DNA of 64,000 bases, taken from Eledone cirrhosa (lineage: Eukaryota). Positions 1 to 13,210 of this stretch are shown here, in pieces. The notes under the pieces are model-generated. The model worked only from the letters and a program-made list of their open reading frames with translations. It did not search any database and was not told where the DNA came from. The translations under genes and the position numbers were made by a program. Location of the stretch: contig OZ024742.1 of the NCBI GenBank assembly GCA_964016885.1, positions 121,520,001 through 121,584,000 of the forward strand, given 5' to 3'. Numbering within the stretch: position 1 is the first letter of the stretch; each line of letters opens with the position of its first letter.

Positions 1-30
1 CTAAAAAAATCTTTTCCCTCTCTACTATTT

Positions 31-70
<40 letters not shown>

Positions 71-111
71 AAATAAATAAGTCAAATATTTAAAATTTGG
101 CTTCGTTTATT

Positions 112-166
112 ACTGCTATATATATTTCGGTAACACCCATCTTTGGCTGTGGCCTCTTCAGGCAGT
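112..166 (-). ncRNA. Type I hammerhead ribozyme in pseudo-LTR
   Basis: Minus strand: actgc CTGAAGA ggccacagcc-aaagat-gggtgttacc GAAA tatata TA gcagt; 5-bp stem I, palindromic stem III. Confidence 0.85.
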
Positions 167-1479
167 CCGAATTAGTGTGGTAGAGACGAGTACACATGTT
201 GTTGAGGTGTTTAACTTTGTCAATACTCTGATATGCCCAGTTCCTGGTTGGGTTGTTATTTCACTGAGGAACTGGAATCATATGAATTTAAACAAACGAA
301 TTTCAGCGTCAAAGGACATCCTCTCCTCCCATTGGTCAGTTGTGAGAACATTCCTCAGTCAAAAGTCTATAGAAATTCATTCTGAGGCGAGGCAATCTGT
401 AGTGGTTGTTTTTGTTATTGTTAAGTACATCTGACCTCTACTCTTATGCTGATAGTGGTGTTGGTGTTGGAGTCAGCTTAATTCCAGCTGCTGCTTATTT
501 TAGATGGATCTGTGTGTGTGTGTTGGCATCTATCCTGCCACCATTTCTCGTGGTGGTAGTGGTGGTGGTGGTGGCGGCGGCTGTGTGTGTGTGTGGGGGG
601 GGGGATGTGTGTGCCAAGCATATGAAGAAATAAAAGGCAATAAAATGAAGAAAATAGAAAATGGAAATAAGATAATATAAGCAAATAATTAAACAAAAAG
701 ATGATAAAATGGTAGAAGGAATAAGATGATAAAAGAATAAAATAAGGTAATCAAATAAAATGTGTGTGTTATAACCAATCTCAAAGTTAGAAAGATTTGT
801 AAGATCCACTCCTCCCATTGGTCAGTTGGGAGAGCATTCCTCAGTCAAAAGTCTATAGAAATTCTTTCTGGGGTGAGGCGATCTGTAGTGTTTGTTTTTG
901 CTATTGTTAAGTACATCTGACCTCTACCCTTATTTTGGTAGTGATGTTGGTGCTGCGGTTAGCCTAGGTCTTGCTGCTGTTGATTTTAGAAGGATCTGTG
1001 TGTGTGTGTGTTAGCATCCATCCTGCCACCATTTCTCGTGGTGGTGGTTGTGGTGGTGGTGGTTGTGGTGGTGGTGGTGAGGGGGGGGGATTGTGCTATG
1101 CATATGAAGAAATAAAAGGCAATAAAATGAAGAAAATAGAAAATAAATGAAAAATAAAAAAATGAAGATTCAAATAACATGTGTGTGTGTTATAACCAAT
1201 CTCAAAGTTAGAAAGATGTTGGCCAAATTAGAAAGACTGTGTCAGAATCAATCTCTAGGCTATCATGGTGTCTGCTCAGCCTAGATGGGTCCCTATGGCT
1301 TGAGGGGAGTTCCCAACCTATGGTGTTGTTACTGTCCATATAGCTTGAGGGAGGTCCGGCCCAGAGGTGTCTACATGTTCTGGAGAAGTCCCTATAGCTT
1401 GAGGGGAGTTCACATCTCAGTATGTTGTTTCTGTCCATATAGCTTGAGGAAGGTCCCGGCCCTGAGGTGTCTACATGTC

Positions 1480-2130
1480 CCGAAGAAGTCGGTTCTGAGG
1501 TTTATCAGGCGGCTTCCACCTCTTAGTATCTCCAGGGTTTCGCTCAGACATAGTTTGCATCGGATGGTACTTTCCTGATTATGGACCAGGCCAGAGAGTA
1601 CGGGGTCCTGTCCATCTTAAGCTTCCTGATCAGGTCGGAAAGAGCCGTACTTTTCCTTTTGACCTCCTTATTGAAGGAATGGCGATGGTTATACCAACGG
1701 TCTTTAAAGCTTGTTGATGTGGCTCCTATGTAAAGGTGTTCGGAGTTAGGGTTTTTTTTACTCTACATTCGTATATTAGGTTCTTCCTAAGGCATTCATT
1801 ACTAAGGGGGCATAATTCGGGGTTTTTGCAGTTGCAGAGGGTTGTCGACCTCTGCGTGCCTAGTGTGGGGTTCCCGTTACGTGTTACGTGGTGGTCTTCC
1901 CTAACCCTACTCCTGTTGATGCTAGCTATGTGTTGGGCTAGATTTCTCGTGGTGGAATACGAGAGCTTCACAGTCTGTCTGTTGAAGATCTTGTGGTATC
2001 TATGGTCCCTCGGGAAGCATGTATCAAGTGCTCCAAAGAATGATCGGGCCAAACTGTTCTTTAGGGCCGCTGAGTAGGGTGCCTTGTACCCCTTGATTTT
2101 TCTGCGTCTTATCCTATATGGGTGGGTTGA
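1480..2130 (-). pseudogene. Penelope RT C-terminus, linker and GIY-YIG endonuclease remnant
   Basis: YHKIFNRQTVKLSYS...CNCKNPELCPLSNECLRKNLIYECRV, then stop, then GATSTSFKDRWYNHRHSF and a CKLCL-like segment; disrupted frame. Confidence 0.85.
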
Positions 2131-2760
2131 GGGCGTCGTGAGTTGTTGGAGAGTTGTTGGGTTGCTAGTGGTTCCCGCATTGTTGCTTCCCCTTTGGGCG
2201 CTATGCGTTTTGCTATCTTCTCGGTCCGAATCTGTGGGGTGGTTGTTGCCCGCGCTATGAGATCCACGATGGGATGGTCCCCCGTTACCCCTCACCCCCA
2301 CGTGTCCTGTGGTTGGGGTCGTCGGGCCCGGGATGGTTAGTATCACCCCTGAGACTGCTACTCGTATTGGGTTTCTTCGCCTGGTTAAGCGTACTCGTCA
2401 CCATCACCCATGTGGAGGTGTCGGGCTTATGGTGCTTATTTGTTTCTATTCTGCCTGTATTGGAATATTACAACGCAGCTCTAAATAAGGCGGCACATGG
2501 CCAAAATATAACATATAGTCCGAGGCGCCGGGATGGGGATGGCCCAACGGAACCCCCACCCACGTTGTCCGGGAGGGGGCGAACCCAAAGATGGCTGTCA
2601 CCGAAATATATATAGCAGTAATAAACGAAGCCACATTTTAAATATTTGACTTATTTATTTTAGTCTATTTTACATTACTCCGGAGTAACCAAACCAACCT
2701 GCGCACTTCGTCGAGTGCTCCAATCTGCATACTTAGGTGTTGGTATACAACCAACATATA

Positions 2761-2822
<62 letters not shown>

Positions 2823-2875
2823 TTATGTAATTATATATATATATATAGTTATGTAATTATATATATATATATAGG

Positions 2876-3268
2876 TATGTAATAAACAACATAAGATAAT
2901 TAATTCATTTACCAATGGTTTCTTGAAGCGCTTGACATTTATGTCTGTCTTCATTCATCAGAATAAATTTATTATGGATTTGAAAACAGGGTATATAAAA
3001 AACAGGGTAAATTTTTTCTAAATGAATTTATGCGTTATTTTATTTCAGCCTCACTTTCATTTATCCTAAACACTGTTTTCAAATCCATATCCCATTCCAT
3101 AATAAATTTATTCCGATGAATGAAGACATACATAAGTGTCAAGCTCTTCAAGAATCCATTGGTAAATGAATTAATTATCTTATGTTGTTTATTACATAAC
3201 TAAAAAGCTCTATAGCCTACATAGAGCACTCTCTTTTCCTTTACTTTTCCTACGGAAATACTTCATTT
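2876..3268. mobile_element. Short fold-back element with hammerhead
   Basis: Inverted arms about 2876-2990 and 3072-3200; bounded by (TA)n. Confidence 0.8.
2902..2969 (-). ncRNA. Type I hammerhead ribozyme
   Basis: aatttatt CTGATGA a tgaag...cttca a GAAA ccattgg TA aatgaatt; the opposite-arm copy carries CCGATGA and GAAT mutations. Confidence 0.8.
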
Positions 3269-3562
3269 ATATATATATATATATTTATTTATATATATAA
3301 ATTACACAATAATATTATTATTATTATTATTATATAGAAAGATACGTTTAAATTTGGTGGTTCACTACTAGGTAGAATTGGTCATTCTGCAATATTAGCC
3401 ATGGTGTCATTTTAATTTAATATATATATATATGTATAGAGTTTTCTTTAAGATTCCTGGTTAAGTTTCTGGAGAACTTTCTCACATTTTGCAATATACA
3501 CGTGCGCGCACACACGCACACAAGCACACACACACACACATATGTATCTATATATCTATCTA

Positions 3563-3658
<96 letters not shown>

Positions 3659-4059
3659 TGCGCGTGTATTGCAAAATGTGTACTGCAGACTTAATCAGGA
3701 ATCTTAAAAAAACTCTCACCGATGTTAACAAAGAACTTACCAGATCTACATAGCAACATTTTAAAATTAAAATATTATAAAATTAAATTGTTTAGAACTA
3801 CAAGTAAAGTAATTCTTTTCCTTTTTTCAAATATATATATGTATATATACATATATGTATAAGCAGTGTTTATAGGTTAATATGTAGTGGAGAGATTATA
3901 TTTATTGAGAACTTGTGTGTAACTATATGATGACTATATATTGTGACTGGGAGACAATATACACTTATATATACACTAGCGCGCGTGCACACATACATAC
4001 ACAATACATACATACTGATATTTATGCACGCATATATTTTAGACGTTCGTATGTATGAG

Positions 4060-4134
<75 letters not shown>

Positions 4135-4979
4135 ATGTTTTGACTTTCATCATGAAAGATAACTCAAACTGAATTTACATCGTTTGTTAAAAAGGCGGAT
4201 GAACTCCTCAGAGTCAACGGCCATCCACCCCAACTATGGGTTAAATAGCCTCACCAAGCCGCAACTGGCCAAACGTGGTGAGTAGAGATACGATGGTGAT
4301 ATGACCAAACAGAAAGTGATAGAGGGGTTCCTTCAACATGAGTGAGAAGGTCCTGGATTGGATTGGATATCTTATAGTAAAGAAGTGTAGGTTTGGTTGT
4401 TTGGGAAGCACAGAAGGGGTTTCCTCGAAATCAAGTAATACCCTTGCATACTGTGTGATGTCTCTCTCTCTCCTTTCGTTGTTTATTTATCTACCAATTT
4501 ACCTCTCTCCCTCCATCTCTTTTTTCACCCCTCTCTCTCTCTCTACCCCCCTCTCTCTCTCACTCTATGTATGTATTTGTTTAACTTATGAAACATTGGA
4601 GAAATTTGAAATTTGAAAATGTGAAAGCTAATAGTTAAATAAGTCGGGTAAAATACTCCTGGAACACCTCCCACATATATATATATATGTATAATTTATA
4701 TAAAAACATATATATACACTTTATATATGATAGACTCTCTTGTCATTTTCGACACACGAGGGCTAAAACACGTTTTTACTCCACACTTTACTGTTAGTGT
4801 TTTCTACGTGACTGTATTCTTTCAACCTTGCCTTAGATTATTTAGCGGTGCCATTACTCCTGATGCAACTTTCACATGTTTGTCTTCACTTATTACGTTC
4901 AGTAGCACATTCTTCAAATTTTAATGCTTGTATTCCAATATATTTGATGTTAACTTTTTTTTGTATCTAAGAAGTCTTC

Positions 4980-5700
4980 CTATGTTACACACATATGCCT
5001 GAGATTGGCCGTAAATCAGAATATTTGGCAGAAGTTTTGAGATTGCAATAAGAAAGCCTCTATGCTTTGTATATCATATAATGAAACAATTGTTCATTTG
5101 GAACATTGTCCTTCCATATGAAACTACAGTTAATTCGAAGACATCTCTTGTGGAAAATATCTCGCTGCGTGATGTTTTCTATATAGTGTCCACGATTCGG
5201 ACCCATACAATATGGTTAATACGATAACTGCTTGAGCTTTCCAAAGGCATCATTAGCCTTGGCGATCCTATTTACTAGTTCATTCTATACTTCCAAAGAA
5301 GCACTAAAATTGAATTTACTTCATAATTATGGGAAGGACTTCACATATTTCATAGGTTTTCTGCCCACAAGAATTTAACATGATGGTGCACTGGTTTGGG
5401 GGTCTATGTAACGTAAAACTTCTTCTTTTAATAGGTGTAGGTTTTGGCTGGTATATATCATTACCAGGCAATTTACCTGATATATTTACTTTATGGCTGT
5501 TTTGACTTCGGAATATGTCGAGTCGAAGTTAAGTTCAGGGAGTTCCGAACGTAAAGCAATTTAGTCAATGGCAGGTATAGGTGTTCTTGACTCTCATGGC
5601 ATTGGAAACATGAGTAGCAATAGACTCAAACTTCTATCATTTTGCAATGAACTTGGCCTCCTTATCACCAATATTATATTTCAAGAACCTAGCAGGTTTA
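4980..5700. mobile_element. Degenerate RTE LINE fragments
   Basis: Minus strand: RIAKANDAFG and YGSESWTLYRKH...KRCLRI-like segments; plus strand 5580-5700: LDSHGIGNMSSNRLKLLSFCNELGLLITN (APE C-terminus-like). Confidence 0.65.
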
Positions 5701-5815
5701 AAAAAACTTGAATGTATCCAAGGTAAAAAGAATGGCATTTGATTGACTACATTTAAACAAAAATATGCCAGCAACATGGTATTTATCCGATTATTTTCCG
5801 TTAAGCTGTAAGCTA

Positions 5816-6370
5816 TCATTTCAACTTGGAGCAAAGCATACGATGCGCGATGCAACATTTCTTAAGCAAATAGATCTTTAATGAGTTGATGTTCAAAGAA
5901 AGGCCAAATTGCTTCAACTGCTTGACGTGCAGCATGAAAGAATTGAAATTTAAGAAAATATTAAAGGATCGTGGACAAATCTCAAGAAGCCACATATTCT
6001 GCTTCACTTGAAGTTCTTTGTCAGCCAAAATATATGAATAAAGATTGGCTATTTGAAAATAATACAGAAATAGAGTCACTAAGTGAAATAAATCATTCCT
6101 TTCATGAATAAATCATTCCTTTCAAGTGAAAAAGAAATTTTCTGAACTGTAAACAAACAACTCAAGAAGCCATAGGTAAAATGAAAATTGTGCGATGGTC
6201 ATGAAAAACAGTCGAGCTTCAAGCTGGTATTGATATAGATGATATAAAACCCTTCTATGAAGCCATAAAAGACGCTTGTTTCTCTCAACGGCATTGGTAA
6301 CAGAATGATCTACGTTGCTAGGAGATAAAACTGATATTCTTAATCGCTGGAAAGAACACTTTAAATTTTG
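5816..6370 (-). pseudogene. Rhodopsin-class GPCR-like C-terminal fragment (TM6-TM7-helix 8)
   Basis: In-frame ORFs 6122-6394 and 5816-6079: EARLFFMTIAQFSFYLWLLELFVY...LVTLFLYYFQIANLYSYILADKEL; stops lie in a 20-bp tandem duplication at about 6085-6125. Confidence 0.45.
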
Positions 6371-6426
6371 AATATATATATATATATATATCACAAAAAA
6401 AAAGAAAATCTACTTCGTAGAATCAA

Positions 6427-6522
6427 GACGTATCTGAGGACCTTGCGATTTTTAGAGTCAGGTTCGATCATCACATCGATCGTGCCTCGAGCTGGTCGCC
6501 AGAGAAACGATTGTAATATGTC
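6427..6522 (+). ncRNA. Type I hammerhead ribozyme with extended stem II (element about 6390-6650)
   Basis: gacgtat CTGAGGA ...long stem II... GAAA cgattg TA atatgtc; homologous to 24454-24547. Confidence 0.8.
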
Positions 6523-6859
6523 CAATGAATTCCATTCGTCGCAACACTGATTCTTTTTTTTCTGTGATATCATACTCTGCTCTATGAGAGCATCGAGTGC
6601 TCATACGGCCTACCGCATACGGACGCTTTAAGCATCCAACACCAATTATATACACATATATATATATACGCAATAAAATTAAATAGTAAAACGATTGCAT
6701 AACGTGAATACGCACATTTCATTAGTGGGTTAGGTAATGCCAAATTCTCAATTCACCATGTTATTGGTGGAGTAACTTCCAGAATATGGTATTAATAAAA
6801 GGGACTAACTTATATTCATAGAATAGACAGTTTATGTTAACGTACAAGAAAAAAATGTT

Positions 6860-7690
6860 CAAAGCTCAATCAGGTCTTGACCATTTCCTAAAAGGAATTC
6901 TGTTGCTTGTGGGCAGCAGGTGAACAACTCAATATGGATATTTAAGCATCTTTTATTAGAAGATAGATTCCGAAGGATATTCCATTTTCGTCCTTGTATA
7001 AGTGACAGATCTTTGATCTGGATTTTTCTAGGATCCTCCATTTTATGGAAAAATACGTGCCATTATCTTCGAGGTTCCACAAGTGGCTTGAGAGCTTTGT
7101 GGTGTACTATTGTCTGGGGGTCTAAAGGGCGTTTCGTGGTTGAGCGAACATCGTTTGAAGCGGCTCTACGTTATGCTTATGTATATCCAGGTTTTGTTTA
7201 CGTGGTTCTTGTTAGTAGATGTTCGTTCTGTTTCGTATTTCACCGAATATCATGTTAAATTATTGTCCAAGCGGACATATTTCTACCTTTCTTCATGAGC
7301 ATCCTGATGTTAGAGGGCTCTTTTGTTTATTTTTGGTGCAGGATTAGCCAATTTTCACCGTATGGCGGTTAAATATCAGCGGGCATTTGTGGCATACATG
7401 GAAATATGTATCTATGAATGCTAGGAATTTTTTTACCGACATTAGTTTTGACGTTGAAGAAAACGGGAATCAAGAACGAAACAATAGGTTTTTGTCTAGA
7501 TTTTTTCTTGTTAAATTTGTGTAGTTACAAAGAGAGAAATAATTCTTTTTCAGAGCAGCCGCTGTTGCTTAGAACTGTGTTATAGTACGGGGTTGCCCTG
7601 TTGAAGATCGCTTTGTTAGAAGAAAGATTGGATATGCTCTTATTGATATTCTTAAGAAAGTGTTTTGGTGGATGGCATTAGCTTTTGAGT
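6860..7690 (-). mobile_element. Degenerate Penelope-like element (linker and GIY-YIG region)
   Basis: Minus-strand segments NVKTNVGKKFL, LSSHLWNLEDNGTYFSIKWRILEK and RCLNIHIELFTCCP. Confidence 0.75.
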
Positions 7691-7739
7691 ATATATAAGT
7701 TACACACACACACTTACATTCACATACACACACACACAT

Positions 7740-7785
<46 letters not shown>

Positions 7786-7909
7786 ACGCACACACACACA
7801 CACTTAAATTGACGCATACACACACATATATATATAATACATATATATATAATATATACACATAAATATATAATATATATATATATGTAAACAATTTAAT
7901 AAGTTTATA

Positions 7910-8229
7910 TTTGGAATGACTGATTTTGCACATAGAAAGTGCCCCTCCGGGGCATAAGCCTGAGCAAGGTGTGATTGTGAAGACCATCGGTCACCCATGC
8001 ATGCCAGGTCCTCTTTCCACGCCACCGATATTGTCCAAGTGAAAGGAAAAGGGTATTACAGCGTGGCACCAGTGACGTAGCAACTCATTTATACAGCTCA
8101 GTGAGCAGGGGTAACGTGAAATAAAGTGTATTTGGTCGTGAACACAACGCACCACCCGGTCCGGGATTCTAACCCACAACCTTACGATTATGAGCTCAGC
8201 GCTCTAACCACTACCCCACGTGCCTTCAC
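7910..8229 (-). mobile_element. tRNA-derived CORE-type SINE
   Basis: Minus head gtgaaggcacgtgg..tagtggttagagcgctg..gttagaatcccgg; homologous to 15346-15713 and 23187-23315. Confidence 0.85.
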
Positions 8230-8289
8230 ATATATAACATTTCATGATTTGAAGACTTTGCTAGGTGATGGGTCGAAATCTATCAAAGT

Positions 8290-8441
<152 letters not shown>

Positions 8442-8687
8442 AAAGTTTTATTTAAAATTGTTGGGTTACAACAAGTAAATATTTTATAACTGATATAAAG
8501 AACTCGAAAAGTTTTTGGAGTAGATATACGATATTAAACAAATGGTACGTCAAAATTATTTATAAAACTGTTTATATATTGTATTTTATCTGACGAAGGC
8601 ATGCCATATTTTTAATATGGTATCCCTGAAATATGTATAATGAAATAAATATGCTTTTATAAATATAGTTTCCATTTGTTTAATATC

Positions 8688-8751
<64 letters not shown>

Positions 8752-8779
8752 GTATATATATATACACACAAAACATACA

Positions 8780-8830
<51 letters not shown>

Positions 8831-8854
8831 ATGTGTGTGTGTGTGTGTCTGTGT

Positions 8855-9570
8855 TAAAACAACATCAGAGATCTGGGAGTAACTGTCGATAACAACATAA
8901 GCTGGGCTAATCATATAAACAGCAGATTTGACATGGCACGCAGGATGTGTTCCTGTACTCTCAGAACTTTCCAGTCGAGAGATATCGACACCGTCATTCT
9001 TCTCCCCTCTACTTTTGCCCTGCCCCACCTTGAATATTGTTGTCCACTGTGGTCCCCCTACACGAAACAAAGTATTAAGATAATTGGAGCATCTCAAAGG
9101 TCAATCACGGCATGACAGGTTTGACTATTAGGGTCGACAAGTAAAGCTCAAACTCTACTCTCTTCAACGCCGCCGTGAGCATTACATTATCTGTATAATG
9201 TGGAAAATATTCCATCAGCATTGCCTAAATGGTGTTGGCATCATCTTTAAAATAAATACACTTAAGGCTTGAGACCTGTGCTATCCATCCACAACAAAAA
9301 TCACACTCGCATCCCATATCAACACTCCGGCACAATTATTTCACCTCAAACGTTCCCGCTCTCTTTAAAATTAGACCAAAACACATAAAACAGAAACAGA
9401 TTCCATATAATTCAGAAAGTCTTTGGACAAATTTCTCCAAAAAATCCCGGATAAGCCTCCTACACTCCGTAAACAATAACCCACTACTTGAGTGGATCAT
9501 GGTGTCCATATTATAATTTGAGAGACTTCGTCAGATGGTGGTATTAAGTTAGACATGGTCTGGGCCAATA
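8855..9570 (+). mobile_element. CR1/L2-type LINE 3' fragment
   Basis: DLGVTVD...PHLEYCCPLWSPY...KLKLYSLQRRR; frameshifted. Confidence 0.8.
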
Positions 9571-9949
9571 CTTGCTCCGGTCGTTATCTACTGATTCAAT
9601 GAATCGTATATGGAAAGGTTATGAGTTTGATTGTCGGTCTGCGGTAGAAAAATGAGTTGACATGAGACTATTGCGAAGCTGCATCAGACTTTATTATTCT
9701 CTTGGACAACATCAATAGCGTAGCGTGAGTAGATTGGCATGCACGAGTGACTGCTGGTAATCTACAAAACACTCCAATTAGCTTGTAGCTTGGAAAGTAA
9801 CTTCCTTGGTGCAAACATATGGTTACTCATCATGAAAGGTGATCACAACAAACGCGAACGAGCGTGAGTGTGTGAGTGTGGGTATGTGTATGTGTATATG
9901 CGTGTGTGCGAGTGTGTATGTGTGTGTGTTTGTGAAGAATGTTTCATGT

Positions 9950-10550
9950 GGGCGATAATAACATGCTGTTTTTAAGGTTGAAACATTAAAAATTTGAATT
10001 TCAAATAATATTTTCGAAAGATTAGTATTGAAAAATATGTTGCATAACCGTTGAGATATAACAAGGGGGATATAGAGCAGAATAATGGTACAAATAATCA
10101 AAGGAATAACGTGGTAGTTAAAAATATGCAAATTAAAAAAAGTAAAATATATTTTTTTAGTCAGCTGTTTTTTCATTTAAGTAAAAGTGACGTAATATAT
10201 GACATTAAAGTCAAGTTAAAAAACGGTGTAATAATAATAACGGTTAGAAAATTAAATAGAAAATTTACGATGAAATGACTAAGATAACTTCAAAAACTAT
10301 TAAGTGGAATAGTTGCAAGAAATATATTAACAATAATATTATAGCAATAACAGAAAATCTTATGGAATAAATGTTATGCAAAAGGCAAAACAAATAAAAA
10401 TTATATTACAGGTTCTTACATGTATACAGAAATAACAATGGATGCGAGTTGGTAAATATAATGGAATAAGTGAAATATAAACTCAAGTCATGGATTAAAT
10501 TATCTAGGTTATAACATGTTAAAATGTGTATGCAAAGATAGAGGAACTAT
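9950..10550 (-). pseudogene. GPCR-like N-terminal fragment (TM2-TM5)
   Basis: LFVLPF, FCYCYNIIVNIFLATIPLNSF and YFTFFNLHIFNYHVIPLIICTIILLYIPLVISQRL; multiple stops. Confidence 0.4.
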
Positions 10551-10562
10551 GTAGAACATAGA

Positions 10563-10673
10563 ATAATTGTTTCTACTTTAGGCACAAGGCCAGCAATTAC
10601 CCAGTGCATTACTGGTACTTTATTTTATTTTATCGACCCCGTAAGGATGAAAGGCAAAGTCAACCTCGGCGGG
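10563..10673 (-). mobile_element. 5'-truncated tRNA-derived SINE (family 2) with 14-bp TSD
   Basis: Body gcctttcatccttacggggtcgataaaa; gaacatagaataat at 10554-10567 and 10673-10686. Confidence 0.9.
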
Positions 10674-10799
10674 AACATAGAATAATGATAACATAAATGT
10701 TATATATCAAATCAATACTAGTGTTTGACTGGTACTTTGTTTCACTGGCCACACAAAAAATGTACGATAAAAGCAGATTAGTATGTATGAGATAAAAGA

Positions 10800-12437
10800 A
10801 TGGTATTTAACAATGTAATGGTACGCGATGGGGCCCACCCACAGCCCCGGCGGACAGAATGGAGAAGGCGTTTCCCCGGAGGACGGTAAGGAAGACGCGC
10901 TGGAAAAGTCACTCCAACTCGCGGGGCTCACACCTACGGCTGGCCAGCTCAGCGCCTTTGGTGGTGAGTAAGGAGGTAGCCCTGGGGCCGAGGACACCAG
11001 AAGTCTCCACTGCCAGGGGAACGACCGCAAACCTGTCAGAGAGCGACCGGTATTTGAGGAGTTTGGCCCCCTCAGCCCGACGTGCAGCAGAACCTGGGTC
11101 AGTCGCAGACTGCACCAGGTTGCAGCTGCAGAAAGTGTCGGTGCAAGTGGCATCCCAGACGAGGGGTTTGCCACCACGGAACGGGAAGATGGTCATGCCA
11201 TCTGGCCTTTTGCCGTCCTCTCGATCCAGCCCCACCGGTTCGAGCTGGGAAGGGAAGCCTGCAGCGTCCAAGCCATGCTTAATGACCTCGTTGAGGACAG
11301 TATGGCGTGGAATGCGGCCGGCACTGTGACGACAGGAAAGCGCGTGGAGGCCGAAAGAGTCCACGGTGGAACCGCAGCGACATCGGTGTGGCTGGCAGAT
11401 CCGGAGGCCGAGCCTCGGGGAAACGCCGATTCGCAGGCTATGGTTGTCTAGCTGCGTGCCAGTAGAGAAGGAGGGCAGAGCATGGAGCCAGGCACCACTG
11501 TGGGGTTTGGAGGCCGCACGAAAACAAGCAAGGCGGTGCATCCCAAGTGCGTTGGGGGGGGGGGGGAACTTGACGTCAACAGGGGGAGAAGGAGGAGGGA
11601 CGTCTACTGGGCTAAGTCCCAGCCGGTCCCACGTCTCACAGGCGGCCTCACGTTCTCTGAACACAGAGGGTTCTGTTGTGTTTTGAAGAACCTTGCTGAC
11701 GAGGACGCGGCACGAGGTTACTGACGAAAGATACGCCGGCAAAACTAGTGACATCGGGGATCGGAGGCCTTGGCCGCCATACCGGACCGGTAAAGTGGCC
11801 TGTTGCCACCCTATGTCGTCAAACTTGACGTTGCATATCCCCTCGGCTGCTGCTCGGATACAAGTATCGAGGTCAGCGAGGAAAGATGTCTGGGTGTAGC
11901 ATGGAGCGCTGTGGAGTGTATAGAGGAGCTTCGGCATGGCAAAGCAGTTCCTCAGCAGAAAGAGAGCTGGGTGGCCGTCAATCAAGCCCAGTCGGCTCGT
12001 GAGAGTCTGGAGCTGTTGAAGCCTGGACCTGATGGTGGAGCGGATGGCCGGTGGGTGGATCGGTGACCCGAGGATGAGGACTTCCTCTTTGGGGGTCACC
12101 TGAACCTGGCGGAGAATGGACCGCACGTCCAAGACGGAGGCCGCAAAGCTTACAGCATCGAGGCTGACATTCACCACCTCCGACTTGGCCGAGTTGACCT
12201 GGAGGCCGATTCCCGCCAGGGCAGGAATCACGATTGAAGGTCTTGGCAGACCGTCCGTACGGGCCCGCCCAACGTAGCATCATCCAGATATCAAACGTTG
12301 AGAGGGACCGGGATACTCCGGGCAATGTGATCAATACCAAGGGCAAACAGGAGGGGTCCCAAAGGGTCGCCCTGCTGGATCCCAGTAGCCGAGGGTATGA
12401 CCGTATCAGCAGCTAGGAGCATGCTCGGGGCTCCATA
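10800..12437 (-). mobile_element. CRE-clade non-LTR retrotransposon fragment (RT, Cys/His knuckle, restriction-like endonuclease)
   Basis: GIQQGDPLGPLLFAL, YLDD preceded by a W-to-stop change, HSGAWLHALP, CRCG..HALSC, RH..LN, RPDG..LVWDAT; ORF 10909-12231. Confidence 0.9.
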
Positions 12438-12532
12438 TGTAATGTTATATATATATATATATTTGAAAAAAAAAGAAAAGAATGACTTCACTTGTAGTTA
12501 TAAATAATTTGATTTAATTTTATAATATTATA

Positions 12533-12725
12533 ATAATTGTTTCTACTTTTGGCACAAGGCCAGCAATTATCCCAGTGTAATACTGGTACTTTATTTTATC
12601 GACCCCGTAAGGATGAAAGGCAAAGTTAACCTCGGCGGGATCTTGAACTCAGACCATAAAGGGCCATAACTCTTTGCTGTAAATCATGGCGTCCGACCCT
12701 CTACAAATACTACCAATCCACCGAC
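12533..12725 (-). mobile_element. tRNA-derived SINE family 2
   Basis: Full copy with A-box-like tggtagtatttgtag and B-box-like gagttcaagatccc on the minus strand. Confidence 0.9.
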
Positions 12726-12879
12726 CTATTTTTAATATTATAATAATATGAGTTGGTAGATCTAGTGACACTAATGTTTCTGGGTATCACTCTTCATCAG
12801 TACAGCTCACTATTGACCTGGCGAATTAAATTTTTTTTAATATATATATACACACACAGATATATATATATATATATAT

Positions 12880-13210
12880 ATTTCGTTTCTGAATTTGTTT
12901 AGCAAGATTCTTTATCTGAAAACGTGTGTTGAAACCGATATTGTTATACTTTGGGAGGGTCATGTTGTCAATAAGAAACACGCACCAGTTGCTTTCACTC
13001 AAATTTATTATAAATTAAATTACAAATTAAAATTTTTTTACAAATTTCCGGTTGGTTGGTTGGTTCCAAAACCAGACGGTTGTTCATATATTGTCAAAGT
13101 TCTTTCGTCACACATTCTGTGACCTTATCAGTGACCCGGGATTCTTTTCTTTGTCTTGTGCCCCTCCTTTGTTCTGTCCTACGCCATCTTGTTTTTGTGT
13201 GTGTTGTGTG
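12880..13210 (-). mobile_element. Short HHR-family element, degraded copy of the 34073-34690 family
   Basis: High similarity to 34073-34490; core mutated to CTGATAA. Confidence 0.75.

Larger units (their letters stand above)
66..2765 (-). mobile_element. Penelope-like element copy A1 with inverted pseudo-LTRs
   Basis: GIY-YIG-type C-terminal ORF remnant on the minus strand; 66-146 is the reverse complement of about 2585-2665; near-homologous copy at 55561-57892; flanked by (TA)n. Confidence 0.9.

Noticed and set aside
1290-1480. CRISPR-like short repeats
   Set aside because: Spacers are themselves repeated, the context is a eukaryotic retroelement, and there are no cas genes
10859-11329. 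Plus-strand GC-rich ORFs
   Set aside because: They are antisense shadows of the CRE ORF
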